From positions 1,344,001-1,408,000 of the forward strand of contig CAVOXA010000001.1 of NCBI GenBank assembly GCA_963700285.1: a stretch of DNA of 64,000 bases. The letters run 5' to 3'. This DNA comes from an uncultured Chloroflexia bacterium. GTDB taxonomy: Bacteria; Chloroflexota; Anaerolineae; JAAYZQ01. The position numbers were made by a program, and so were the translations under genes. The notes under the pieces are model-generated. The model was not told the origin of the DNA. It ran no database searches and was given only the letters and a program-made list of their open reading frames with translations. Shown here one piece after another: positions 1-10,770 of this stretch. Numbering within the stretch: position 1 is the stretch's first letter; every line of letters begins with the position of its first letter.

Positions 1-2456
1 GATGTCGCTGGCCATGTCTACGTACAGGCCACAGCCACCCATCCCCTGGCACGTCGCTGCTGGCACCGCCCGACCAACGTCCTCTTTTCTCCGCAGACGT
101 AGGTCCAGCCGAAGGTGTTGCGGAAAACGTTGCCGGTGACGAGTATATCTCTAAAGATGTGGCTGATCCGGCGGATCACCCCAGATCTTGAGCCCTCCAC
201 AGTCGGCGGTAAGCTGACATGCCTTTTCAAATAGGTTGTCCTTGATCAGGATCTCGCCAGTCTTGATCTCGTCTGGATCAAAGTCGTACAGTTTGGGCGA
301 TTGGATGATGGATTTGTTGAACTGTACACCGTTTTGGGCAACGTGATGGACGTGATTGCCCTCAAAGCGCAGCTTGTCAGCGTAGGGGAACAGCTGCGCC
401 GTAGGCATTGTCACGGTCGCTGCGAAAGCCCAAGTGATGCAGTTCGTTGTTCTGGATCACCGTATTGACGATGCCCGAATGAGTGAACTGGCTGGGATTG
501 GGTCGTCCTGGCCAGTTGGGGTCTAAACGGATGGCCAGTCCGAGTCCATGTGGGCGATCTCTGAGTCCTGGCAGCGTGAGAGCCGTGGGTGACGTTGGTA
601 GCGACCGGGCCGGTGTCCTGGCTAAGATACACACCCTCATTGGCATAGCGCACAGCTACGTTGCGTACGAGTATTCGAGTAGGACTGTGCTCTTCCTGAT
701 TCATCTGGTAGATGGCAGTGTCGTTAAAGAACTCCAGGGTCAGGCCATCCAGCGTCGTGTAGGAACGGTGGCTGAGGGTGAAACCAATGTCCCGTCGGGA
801 AATCTCTAGATTCTGCACCGCTGGGCTGCCTGGAGTTGGGGGCCAGAGATAGAGACGGCCGCTTGAGGTGTCGTACCACCACTCACCCGGGGAGTCCAAA
901 AGGTTGGGTTTTGCCTCAACAAAATACTTAGAGCCCCATCCCAGGCCGGGAATACCGGATCCGCTTCCATGCTCACAGATTTCGTCCACCATGATGCGTC
1001 CAGTGGAGATCTCGTGGGAGACGATCGTGCGCCTATAAACATAGTGTCCCTGTTTGGTATCCATGGCAACGAGGGTAGCGCCCGTCAGGTCGCCCAGGGT
1101 TGACAGATTGCCCGCCTCGATTCCAGGGGGACTGGTGTCGTTGGTGCGGTCCGTGAGTTGGCTTAGAGAACGCGATGGAGCGTCACAATCAAGGTCGGCG
1201 TTGGTGGTGGGGTCGCAGCTGGCTACGCTCGAACCACCGTCGGCAGACCACCAGAATTCGTGATACTTCCAGTCGGTAGCCACGTCCCAATCGGGCTCCC
1301 GGGCTAGGGGCAACCGAGCGTTGACACTGCCGTCGCCAGCCAGTTGGACGACAAAGCGCGGTGGGCCATCCAGTGCCCAGGCCGAGAGATCGGTATAGTA
1401 GATGTTGGCCGGGTTCACGCCCACTGGCAGGCCGATGGTGTTGCCCGTCAATTGGGTCCAGGAAAGGGAAGAAGCCGGTTCGGAGCCACGGATGATCGCC
1501 GTGCCGGGACCATTCTCGGAAACGTAGACGATGGGCTCCCCATCACTGCCACTCCTGGCCGGCCACACCATCTCGCGGTACACACCTGGCTGGATATGTA
1601 CGCTCACACCTGGCCCAGCCACGTCTGCGGCTTTCTGGATGGTGCGGAAAGCCGTGTTGGCGGTCAGCCCATCGTCGTCGTCGTTGCCTGTGGCCGCGTC
1701 CACCCATAGGTCGCCTATTCGCGGTATCTCGAAGGCTATGTCATCAAAGCGCATCTGACCGCTCGGCGTAATCACCGAGTTGTTGCTGGCCTTGCCGGTC
1801 TCGATGATGTCCCCCAAAGCTTCCTCGTGGTCTATGCCAGTGATCTCGCGCACCTGGACGTCGTTCACCCAGACAGCCACCCATTCATCCACGTGGAAGC
1901 CCAGGGTGATCTTTTGCCAGCCGTCAACGATGCTGAACTCGCCAGCACCCAGGTCAAAGTGGTTGCCATCCGGAGCGCTCCATTCCAGGTAGGCTTTGTA
2001 GCCCTCGCCGGCGGGTTTACGCAGCCGCAACCCTACCAACAAGTGCCACCACTGAGAACCTTTCACATCGGCTATACGGATCGACTTGCTAGGGATCCAG
2101 CTGGTGCCCTGGTCAGGGATGCTGACGCCGTTGGGATTGAACCAGAAAGTGAGGTACCCCTCTTCAACGGGGGCAAAATCCCGGCGAAAGATGTAGCTTG
2201 ACTGCTGGCCGACGGCGACCGATAGCCCCGTGGAGCCATTGTGCCCGCCACCAGGGAGCAGGCCCAAGTCGCCAGCTGAGACCTTTTCCCAGGCATCCAA
2301 AGTGCCGCCCTCAAAGTCGTCGCCGACGATGGGCCAGGTGGGGGGGATGCTGGGACTGGCGATCGCAATAGGTTGGTGCAATGTGAGGGAAACCAACAGA
2401 AGCAGAGCTACGGCCTGCGCAATCAGCGCGGCAGACCTTTTGACGATATGGTTCAT
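1..2456 (-). CDS. Secreted right-handed parallel beta-helix protein (DUF1565/pectate-lyase-like), with N-terminal beta-sandwich; frameshifted near the 3' end and runs off the window start
   Basis: The 681-aa ORF has a signal peptide and the motif LWVDAATGNDDDDG..AFRTIQKAADVAGPGVSVHIQPGVYRE. Beta-helix-like sequence continues in other frames (377-646 NTVIQNNELHHLG; 151-414 LRFEGNHVHH..ILIKDNLFEK; 18-230 ILVTGNVFRNT), consistent with indels. Confidence 0.7.
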
Positions 2457-2804
2457 TCTCTACCCGTCTCTCCTTTGCAATCCTTGCTCTGCTTTGAGAA
2501 GAACCTTCGATTTCTGCAAAGCCCGGTGCTCTCTTTGCCAGGGCCGGATCACGCCGCGAGCGAGCCCTGCCAGTATAGCATAAGGCCTGAGGCGAGTCAA
2601 GGACAAATGTGTGCTAGATGTGCTCAAGTTGCGTGCGAAAAGTTGCTGGATCTATTGCAGCATGCGGGGCAGGAACTTTTAGTCCTTCAGGGGGTGCAGA
2701 ATGGGGCGCAAGTTGGGGGATTCGGGCAGAATCTGATCTGGGGCAGAAGGCCTAGATTTTGGATATCAGCTTTTCGTCTTTCGTTCTCTCTGAATGCGCG
2801 GTGA

Positions 2805-3881
2805 TCATAGGCGACGGCCCCTGCGCACCATTCCGCGCAAGGGTTCGAGCTTCCACGCGCCATCGATGGCCAAACGCACCAACCATCTGGGGCGCAGACC
2901 GTAGCTGTTGTCATAAGGATGGGAAAAGGTCGACATCTCGCCGAACCGGAGCTTGAACTGGGCGATTCCTGTCCCTTTGCCTGGCGGAGGCTGCTCTCCC
3001 CGCTTTAGCGCCGCGGAGACTTTGGGCGTGATCCCACCCAGGTCGTAGTAGCGACAGCCCATGTCCTTGGCCCACAGCATTGCATGCCAATGCAATAGCT
3101 CGTTCGGGTGCATGTTCAGGTACGCGCCCGACGACGCACCCCATTTGAACACTGCCCAGTGTCCCAGGGCAATCACGATGATGGCCGAGATCGGTTCGCC
3201 CTTGTAGTAGGCCATCAAAAACCTCATCATGCCTTGAGGCACGAAGAGCTGCCATGCCTCTCGATAGTAGGCGAGGTCATAGTGGCTGTAGCCATTCTCG
3301 GCGGTTAGGGCCTGTGTCCACTCGAAGAACTTGGGCAGGTCAGCTTCGGTTCCCTCGCGGATCTCTACGCTCTTCCGTGCGGCCAGGCGGATCTTGTAGC
3401 GGGTATTGCTTTTCATCCCGGCCAGAATATCGCTTTCACTGGGTTGTAGATCGACGAGTACTGTGCTTGGTGGGATCAGGTAGAAACTGCTGGGCCGGAA
3501 CCCCCGTGTCTGCAGGGTATCTGTGTAGAGGGCCTCATCCGCTGGCGGCTCTATGGCCAGCAGCAGTAGTCGCTTGGTTCGGGCCACCCGCTCTATGGAG
3601 TCCAGAGTGGACTCGAACACGTCTGCCCTGCCAGGGGCGACGGCCGGTCCCCTGGAGATATAGCCCATGCTGCCCCATACGGGCAGGGGGCGGGCAAGGA
3701 TCTGCGCCCCACCCACGATCTGTCCTCTCTCCTGAACCTGAACGCGGGTCACATTCCAGCCAATCGTGGCCTTGAGCTCTCCCCAGAGGCTGCTTTGCAC
3801 ATGGTGCCCGGTAGGCTGACTTGCCAAGAACTGATCCCAGGCAGGGTCATGTGATGCTTGTTCAATGATCTCAGTATGCAT
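2805..3881 (-). CDS. FemAB/FemX-family tRNA-dependent aminoacyl transferase (GNAT fold)
   Basis: Motifs WDQFL..HVQSSLWGELK, YISRGP, TVLVDL..SESDILAGMKSNTRYKIRLA, PNELLHWHAMLWAK..YYDLGG, QFKLRFG. Confidence 0.85.
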   Translation of the reverse strand: MHTEIIEQASHDPAWDQFLASQPTGHHVQSSLWGELKATIGWNVTRVQVQERGQIVGGAQILARPLPVWGSMGYISRGPAVAPGRADVFESTLDSIERVARTKRLLLLAIEPPADEALYTDTLQTRGFRPSSFYLIPPSTVLVDLQPSESDILAGMKSNTRYKIRLAARKSVEIREGTEADLPKFFEWTQALTAENGYSHYDLAYYREAWQLFVPQGMMRFLMAYYKGEPISAIIVIALGHWAVFKWGASSGAYLNMHPNELLHWHAMLWAKDMGCRYYDLGGITPKVSAALKRGEQPPPGKGTGIAQFKLRFGEMSTFSHPYDNSYGLRPRWLVRLAIDGAWKLEPLRGMVRRGRRL

Positions 3882-3934
3882 GCTCTCGTCTCAGTCTCTC
3901 TGCCCCAAGTCCAACCCCAGGCCGACCCGTGCTC

Positions 3935-5006
3935 TCAGGATGCTGTGCTAGCACTTGCGCCACTCTCATAGGATTCCTGAGGGTTGCCCTTTCCCCAAAG
4001 GAACCTGCGAGCCAGTCGATAGCCGGCCTTGCTGAGCTGAAGGGCCCACGGGGCATGGACAGAAATGTTGCGGCCGTAGTTCACCAGCTCACCGCCGAAC
4101 TTGGCCTTGAAATCGCGCACGCCATACACTTCGCTGGGCTTGCCAGCACCGCCAAAGTCGAGGACGCGGAAGCCGTTCCTGTTGCCCCACTCCAAGGCAT
4201 GCCAGACGAGGAAGTCACCGGGCCTGTGGGCCGCATACTCCCTTAGCGTGCCCGAATACCAATAGATCATCGTGTCCTTGTACAGCAGTAGCGTCATCAC
4301 GCCCATTTCCACCCCGTCCGCCTGGGCCAGAAAGATCCTCATCATGCCTCGGGGATGGAGGATCTCAAAGGATGACTGGAAGAAAGAGAGGTCGGCCAAT
4401 GGTACCTGGATCCGTTGATAGATCGTTTTGAGCAGGAGGTAGGCGTCGACGGTCTGATGCACGTCGTTTACCTCGCGGATGGCGACTTGGGCGCTTGCGG
4501 GCTCTGCGCACGTTGCGCCGGGCGTTCGACCGTATGCTCTTCCAGATCTTCTCGGGCGGGCGTGTCAGGTCTACCAGGAAGTTCAGGTGATCCTCATAGA
4601 TGAAGCCACTGTGGTTCAACACCGGCTGCAGGTCGCTCAAACTCGATAGGTTTCGCAGCTCGGTGAACAGGATCCTACCGCGCGTTTCTCTGTTATAGGT
4701 CTCTAGCAGCAAACTCAGGGCTTCCATGGCCTCCTGTTGGGGAGCGCACAGCACGCTCCCATAGGCCACAGCACGGGTGGTGAACTGCCGCAGCCATTGC
4801 CTCGCAAGAGCCACCTGGACCGGCAACAGGAGGGCCATCGGGCGATTGTGGTGATCGGTGGCTGCCCACAAGCTCGGCTGCTGCCCCTTTGCCTTCTCAA
4901 AAACCTGATACATCTCTGGGGTATGGAAGATGTTACCCTGGGGATGCCCATGTACAAAACGCCGCCAGTCTTCCTCAGGCAGGGTACGAACAATCTGAAT
5001 ATCCAG
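3935..5006 (-). CDS. Second FemAB-like GNAT transferase, split by one frameshift near 4490; probable CTG start
   Basis: ORFs 4365-4913 and 3935-4462 join into one FemAB-like protein (HPQGNIFHTPE, ELRNL, VDLTRPPEKIWKSIRSNARRNVRRA, LVWHALEWG..LDFGGAG..GVRDFKAKFGG). The frame is open to CTG at 5006, 7 nt after AAGGAG. Confidence 0.75.
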
Positions 5007-5023
5007 AGGATCACTCCTTGTGC

Positions 5024-6787
5024 CTAGTCAGAAGGCGTACTGGATGGCAACAAGGAGCCAGCGCTCAAGGCATCGAGAAGGTCGTCGCTGATATGCTCGA
5101 TGTCAAAAAGGACAAAACCCTCGGAGCCACTGGCCCTGGCAGTCGCAATCTCGGATAGTATTTTCCTTGTTGTCTTGGAAGGGCTGCCTTTCTTTCCCTC
5201 ATCGTGTACCTTGAGACCCAGCGCAATACGCCCGGAGTCTTTCATTGCCGGTTGCCAAGCCTTAATGACGCCCGCAAGAGACTGGTTTAGACCCACGTAA
5301 GCGCGGGGAACGATCAAATCCACGTATCCTCCGTCGAGCCACGCCTGCCAATCCAGCAGATCCTGCTCCGACAATCTCTCCTGGTCGTGGTATACGGTGA
5401 TGCTTACCACCACTTCGGGATCCACTTGCTTGACTCGTTGGTAGACCCCTTGTAGCAACTGGTTGATACCCTGTTCACGAAACGTCTTCCATTGGGCATC
5501 CAGGGCCTGGTAGGCGTCCAATGGCAGTACTTGGCTGCTCACGGGGATGATTTCGTGTTCCTGTGTGGCTGTCAGCAAGCCGGTTCGCTTCAAGTGCCTG
5601 TACCGCATATTCATTCCGGTGATGGCCCGTACGTGCTTGTTCCAGATCGAGGGGGTGGGGCCGTCGATAAAGATCACGCCGCCGCCCTGATGGACAAAGC
5701 TGTCCAGATCCGATGCAAACTGCCCCCCGATCGAGTAGACCTGGGGCAGGACCAGCACACTGCCCGGACCGAGGGTGGCCAAGTCTTTTTCCTCTATTGC
5801 GGTAGGCTGCCAGCCAAGATCCTCGAGCCAGGCGAACCCTGCATCAAAGGCATCAGCGGCATAGCTGCCGGTGTTCGCCTCGGAGCGAAAAATGTAGAGC
5901 CCGCCATCTTTCCCAAGGAGGTAATCGATGCTGCGGTCTAGGATTTCACTTGTGGCGACCGTCTCACGGTGGCTGGCCATCCAGTTCAGAAGGATCGCTT
6001 GGCCGGCTCCATAGTGATTGAGCAAGACGGCGGGTTGTCCATTATCAAACTCGGCCAGAACCTGAGCAGTATTCGGCCAGATGAGAGGGTTGCCCTCGAA
6101 CCGAGCGTAGGCGGGCAACTCGGGGTAGCGCAACGTCTCGAGATCGAGGCCGTATTCCTCTGCAAACAGGTCGGCGCTGTAGGGGTCAAAGCCAAACTGA
6201 GACCTGGGATAGCGGGTATAGTCGAAATGTATGCCATCAACGTCATAGTTGGTCACCAGTTCCAGTACCAGGTCGCTGATGAACTGCCGGACGTCGGGCC
6301 GGGTGTAGTTCAGCCAGTTGATCTGCTGGCCCTCGGGCCCCATCATCGCCCACTCAGGATGCTCAACCAAAACACGGGCCGGCTCGCCATCGAAACTCAT
6401 TGGACCGGCATCGATCCATGCATGGACGGCGATGCCTCGCTCGTGCGCCTGTTCGATGACGTAGGCAAGTGGATCATAGTCGGGTTCTACGTCGGGATGC
6501 TTGTCCATCAGGCTGCTGTCGAAAAAGACATGTCCATAGATGAGGACACTTAGAAAGATGGTATCAAAGTGTCCCGCCTCAACGCGAGCGAGCATCGCAT
6601 CAGCTCTTTCGGCCGTTCTGAACGACCTCTCGTGCACCCATACCCCCCTGATTCCCGACGTACCTTCAGGGTCGATCCGGTGTTGAGCATCCCCCAGAAT
6701 GCCCAACAACAAGAGCAAACAGACCAAAGGGACCAGTTGGGCCAGCTTTCTGGTTTTGCCCCTGAATATCGCCAAGGACTTGCTCAT
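5024..6787 (-). CDS. Glycosyl hydrolase-like family 10 (DUF187/GHL10) secreted protein with an inserted GATase1-like domain
   Basis: Motifs IRGVWV, YDPLAYVIEQAHERGIAVHAWI, WLNYTRPDVRQFI..YDVDGIHFDYTRYP, and after the insert WKTFREQGI..DWQAWLDGGYVDLIVP. N-terminal TM/signal segment. Confidence 0.8.
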   Translation of the reverse strand: MSKSLAIFRGKTRKLAQLVPLVCLLLLLGILGDAQHRIDPEGTSGIRGVWVHERSFRTAERADAMLARVEAGHFDTIFLSVLIYGHVFFDSSLMDKHPDVEPDYDPLAYVIEQAHERGIAVHAWIDAGPMSFDGEPARVLVEHPEWAMMGPEGQQINWLNYTRPDVRQFISDLVLELVTNYDVDGIHFDYTRYPRSQFGFDPYSADLFAEEYGLDLETLRYPELPAYARFEGNPLIWPNTAQVLAEFDNGQPAVLLNHYGAGQAILLNWMASHRETVATSEILDRSIDYLLGKDGGLYIFRSEANTGSYAADAFDAGFAWLEDLGWQPTAIEEKDLATLGPGSVLVLPQVYSIGGQFASDLDSFVHQGGGVIFIDGPTPSIWNKHVRAITGMNMRYRHLKRTGLLTATQEHEIIPVSSQVLPLDAYQALDAQWKTFREQGINQLLQGVYQRVKQVDPEVVVSITVYHDQERLSEQDLLDWQAWLDGGYVDLIVPRAYVGLNQSLAGVIKAWQPAMKDSGRIALGLKVHDEGKKGSPSKTTRKILSEIATARASGSEGFVLFDIEHISDDLLDALSAGSLLPSSTPSD

Positions 6788-7992
6788 TTGCCCAGGCTCT
6801 CTACCAGTGCAACATACCCTGTACTGACCTTGGTCCAGTTGAACTGCTGGTTGAACCTGTCACTATTCGTCACCAGTTCTGCGAACCGATCCTGGTTGGT
6901 GTACAGCTCCAGGATACAGCGGGCCAGATCATCAGGATCATCTGGAGTGAAGTACAGGACCATCGTTTCGTCAAAGTAGGCCATGATAGCTGGCGTACGG
7001 GCAGCAATCACCGACAGGCCCAGGGCCACATATTCCATCAACTTGGTGGGCAGGATCCCGTCGGTGAACACGTCGCGCCGGTAGGGCACAAGTCCGACGT
7101 CGGCTTTTCGTATGAACGAGGGCAGCTCGGACGACGGCATGACCTGGGTACTGAAGGCTACGTGATGCTTTAGGTCTAGCTCTTCAGTCAGCTTCATCAA
7201 TGCCTCTCCGTAGTCTCCTGCGCCATGGATGGTCAGGAGGATCATGGGTATCTCTTCCCGTACGATGTCCACAGCCCGAATGGCAACGTCAATGCCGTAT
7301 CGCCAAGTCCAGGCGCCATGGTAGATTAGGTTAAAGCGCCCCTTCCCCCTCGTGAGCGTCTTGATCATCGGCTCTCGATGGAAGGCCCGGCTGTCGGCAA
7401 CGTTCATGACTACAGTGATCTTTTCTGGTGCGACGCCTCGCTCGATGAGCGTCTGCCGCCAGAGTTCAGTGACAGTGATGATGTGGTCGGCGAAACGACA
7501 GGAAAGCTGTTCCTGCCAGCGGACGAAACGCACCGCCCAGCTATCCGGCCCCGCGTGGAAGCGAGCAGCATAGAATTCGGGCATCAGATCGTGAAGGTCG
7601 AGGATCAGGCGCGCCCCGCTCAGTTTTGGCACCAGAGCTGCAAATACCAAGAAATCGGGCAGATTGTGTACTTGAACGACATCATACCGCCGCCCGCAAT
7701 GCAGGGCCGTTAGCTTGACCAAGACCAGGACAAAGAAGGCCAGGTACTCCAAGAACTGCTGCACTGCACCAGACCGCTTGTATCGCTTCACGGGCAGACG
7801 GTAGATGTTGACACCCTCCTGGGCATCGACCGCCAGTTCTCCCGAGTGTCTCAGGCAAAGGACATCCACCTCGTGGCCATGGTCTACCAATGCCAACGCC
7901 TCTCGTTCAACCCGGGTTTCGCTCAGGGGATAGTAGGCGTGGACGACCATGCAGTGTCGTCTGGGGTTTATTTCTTCTCGGTAGTTGCTCAC
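6784..7992 (-). CDS. Glycosyltransferase family 4
   Basis: Motifs RVEREALAL, VHNLPDFL, LDLHDLMPE, PTKLMEYVALGLSVIA (GT-B fold). Confidence 0.9.
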   Translation of the reverse strand: MSNYREEINPRRHCMVVHAYYPLSETRVEREALALVDHGHEVDVLCLRHSGELAVDAQEGVNIYRLPVKRYKRSGAVQQFLEYLAFFVLVLVKLTALHCGRRYDVVQVHNLPDFLVFAALVPKLSGARLILDLHDLMPEFYAARFHAGPDSWAVRFVRWQEQLSCRFADHIITVTELWRQTLIERGVAPEKITVVMNVADSRAFHREPMIKTLTRGKGRFNLIYHGAWTWRYGIDVAIRAVDIVREEIPMILLTIHGAGDYGEALMKLTEELDLKHHVAFSTQVMPSSELPSFIRKADVGLVPYRRDVFTDGILPTKLMEYVALGLSVIAARTPAIMAYFDETMVLYFTPDDPDDLARCILELYTNQDRFAELVTNSDRFNQQFNWTKVSTGYVALVESLGK

Positions 7993-8006
7993 GCCTATCA
8001 GTGCAC

Positions 8007-9311
8007 CTATTTGCCAAATGCGCGCAGGGCATAATCCCAGATTGTCAACGCGTCGATGTCACCTGTGACACACAGGGCGCTGCGGGCGCCATCGGGCCAG
8101 CGGCCCAAGCGCACCAGTGGCGCGGTACTCTTTTCGATCTTGGCCAACAAGGGGCGTTCGTCCTCATGGCCAAAGTCCAGCCTGTCGAGATAGAGTGTAT
8201 GGGATTCATACTCGTGGCTGACCTCACAGACATAGCCTTGCTGGCGCAGGAAGCTATCCAGTGCCGGGGGGCAGCTCGGCGAAAGGCCGATGACAGGCCT
8301 GCGCGCAGCCCGAACGATACAGGTCGTTGAGGCCGCCTGCCAGTAATCGTCAGCCCATGGTTGAGCTAGTCCCAATACCTCCACCCCTCGCGTCAGAATC
8401 GTCGTACCTGGCGGTCCAGCGGCGAATAGCTGCCAAGTACCATGTTCGGCTTCTCTGATCTCCACGACCGCGGCGGCGCGGGCGCGCCACCAAGCGGCTA
8501 CCTCGTCCATGCGGGCCAACCACACTGCCGGCACCAACGCGCGCGCTTCCGACAGTATACCTGAGAGCGCTTTGGCGCACAACTCTATGCGCTCCGGATG
8601 CAGTTGAATTGTGAACAGTTCCCCGAGATGATAGGTTTCCGACAAGATGCGCAGCCAGGTGCTCTCCACCAGGCCGCTGGCTCCACCTCCCAGCCGATCG
8701 AGGAGTATTTCGTCGTCTGGCAGCGAAACCGGAATCTCGAGCATGTTTCCGAAGAACTGCGGCAGCGCTGGCCTCGTGCCAGCATGCCAGGGAGCGTAAA
8801 AGTCAAGGGCCCGCTCGTAGCCGGCGCGGGCTGCCGGGGCCATCTCGCTGCCTTTGAGAACGTCCCACATGATGGGCTGATTGCTGGCGTAGGAGAATCC
8901 GGATTTCTCAAGGCCTGCGTACAAATCGGTCGTGCGGCTCAGGTAGGGGGATCGAAAGCCCACGGCTGCGATGCCTGCTTTGGCAAAGCCCTCCCGGGCA
9001 CGCTTTAGGTGGAGCAACAGATGATCTGGATCGAATCCTGCATAGTTCACGTGGGTGTAGCCATGTACTGCAAACTCGATGTTGTGCCCTGAATACTGGG
9101 CGATCGAGCCAGTGTTGCGTTCCAGCGTGACAGCGGACAAGGGAAAGCTCGCTCCACAATCGAACCGATTCAGTATCTGAACAAACAGACGCAGAGCCCT
9201 GTCCATCTTGGCCGGCGTGATGCCATATCGCCGGTGAATTTTGAGGCCACGCTGTAGCATCGCAAGCGGCCCTTTGGCCCTCGCCGCGACGGTGATGGGA
9301 TTTCTTTGCAT
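8007..9311 (-). CDS. Polysaccharide deacetylase (CE4/NodB-like) with motif 1 displaced to the C-terminus
   Basis: Motifs EFAVHGYTH, GFRSPYL, EIPVSLPDD, IQLHPER, VWLARMDEVAAWWRAR, and C-terminal ALCVTGDID. Confidence 0.8.
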   Translation of the reverse strand: MQRNPITVAARAKGPLAMLQRGLKIHRRYGITPAKMDRALRLFVQILNRFDCGASFPLSAVTLERNTGSIAQYSGHNIEFAVHGYTHVNYAGFDPDHLLLHLKRAREGFAKAGIAAVGFRSPYLSRTTDLYAGLEKSGFSYASNQPIMWDVLKGSEMAPAARAGYERALDFYAPWHAGTRPALPQFFGNMLEIPVSLPDDEILLDRLGGGASGLVESTWLRILSETYHLGELFTIQLHPERIELCAKALSGILSEARALVPAVWLARMDEVAAWWRARAAAVVEIREAEHGTWQLFAAGPPGTTILTRGVEVLGLAQPWADDYWQAASTTCIVRAARRPVIGLSPSCPPALDSFLRQQGYVCEVSHEYESHTLYLDRLDFGHEDERPLLAKIEKSTAPLVRLGRWPDGARSALCVTGDIDALTIWDYALRAFGK

Positions 9312-10642
9312 TACTCACCCAGGATCCTCGTCAGATCCGCTACGTATACTCTGCGAGTGCCACCGGCGCAGCCATTGAAGGCGATGCGTCGAAACTGGCG
9401 GTCCCAGGCCGGATGTGGATCGACGCGCAACTCGCCTCTGGGGCCCTTGTGGGGCGCGTCTGTCTTGATCCGTACCAGCGTAGCGTCCTGGCCCGCATCC
9501 AGGTCTATGAGACGGATAGGAGTAGTACCGTCGCCAAAGGCCACAGGCTCGTTCAGGTACGCATCCGTTACCACATGTCGCTCGTTCGGATGTAAGGACG
9601 GATGTCCGGACCCCACCACGGTTTCGTTCATAACTCCAAAGCCGCTGCCATCATATCGGGCGCGAACAAGGCGCATTGCATCGCGATGGGTTCCAAGGGC
9701 CCGCACAGCGCGTCTTTGCACTCTGGAGAAAAGCCGTGGATAGGCCCGGGAAGTCGCATGGCCGGCAACTCTGAGATTCATCATCACCGTTTCGCCGTCT
9801 GGACACCAGTTCGGGTGATGTCCTCCTTTGTCCCACTCGGACGCTGGAATGGCGACGTGGATGTCGGAGCCATCGGCCTTCATTGTTATGACTTGCGACC
9901 TTATTCTTGTGCGCTCTTGCCGCGGCACCCATCGCAGCACCAACATGAGCCGGTCGCCCTGTGGGTTCCACTTGACGTGGAAAGCGTAAAAATCCCCATC
10001 TCGATATTCCCCCAGAGTCAGGGGGGGGCTCGCAGTCTCAACGATTTCCTTCAGGGAGACAAGCAACTTGCACTCACCGGACGAGGTATCTGTGATGTAC
10101 AGCCCATCTTCAGCCGGAGCGCCACGGTTAATCGGCACCTGATCCTGAGGCACAATGATCCCATATCCAGGCTGGGTTGCGCCAATCCGAAGCAGGCAGG
10201 GGCTTGCGGCCCACTTGCTGTCCGGCGATATCATGTAGATGGTGCCGCCAAGATTGCGCCTGAGCCCCGAGAGGGGATCCAGCTTCACGCCGCAGGGTCT
10301 CCAGGTCGTAGCGTCGAGGTCGTTGAAGAAGAGCTGGTGATCCGTCGCACCCCACTGTACTTGAGCGCCAAGCTGAGTATCCCATCCACGCGACTCTGCC
10401 ACTACCCGTTCTTTGCCAGTTTGCAGATCAATCAAGACGATCTCGGCTACGTCTCCGGGAGAAGGCAACTGGTCCTCACAAGGCAGGCGCGTCAGCCCGA
10501 GATAACGGCCCGAAGGACTGAAGGGTGATGTGTCAAAGAAACGGTGAATTGTCCTACCCAGACCTGGTGTGACACACCACACCGGTACGGGGGGACCATA
10601 GTCTTTGTACGGTGGAAAGGTTGTGGAAAGGTCACTGTACAT
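9311..10642 (-). CDS. TolB-like/oligogalacturonate-lyase-like beta-propeller protein
   Basis: Repeated blade motifs FFDTSPFSPSGRYL, HVKWNPQGDRL, GHHPNWCPDG, GHPSLHPNERHVVTD, DPHPAWDRQFRRIAFN. Confidence 0.6.
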   Translation of the reverse strand: MYSDLSTTFPPYKDYGPPVPVWCVTPGLGRTIHRFFDTSPFSPSGRYLGLTRLPCEDQLPSPGDVAEIVLIDLQTGKERVVAESRGWDTQLGAQVQWGATDHQLFFNDLDATTWRPCGVKLDPLSGLRRNLGGTIYMISPDSKWAASPCLLRIGATQPGYGIIVPQDQVPINRGAPAEDGLYITDTSSGECKLLVSLKEIVETASPPLTLGEYRDGDFYAFHVKWNPQGDRLMLVLRWVPRQERTRIRSQVITMKADGSDIHVAIPASEWDKGGHHPNWCPDGETVMMNLRVAGHATSRAYPRLFSRVQRRAVRALGTHRDAMRLVRARYDGSGFGVMNETVVGSGHPSLHPNERHVVTDAYLNEPVAFGDGTTPIRLIDLDAGQDATLVRIKTDAPHKGPRGELRVDPHPAWDRQFRRIAFNGCAGGTRRVYVADLTRILGE

Positions 10643-10770
10643 TTCGCTTGGACCTCACGAATATGGCCTGCATTCTCAACTGGACGGCACCAACGACCAC
10701 TCCCGTCGAACCGGATGGAGGGCCTACCTAGAATCTCCAGGATACCCTTGTAAGACTGGAAGAATAGAAC

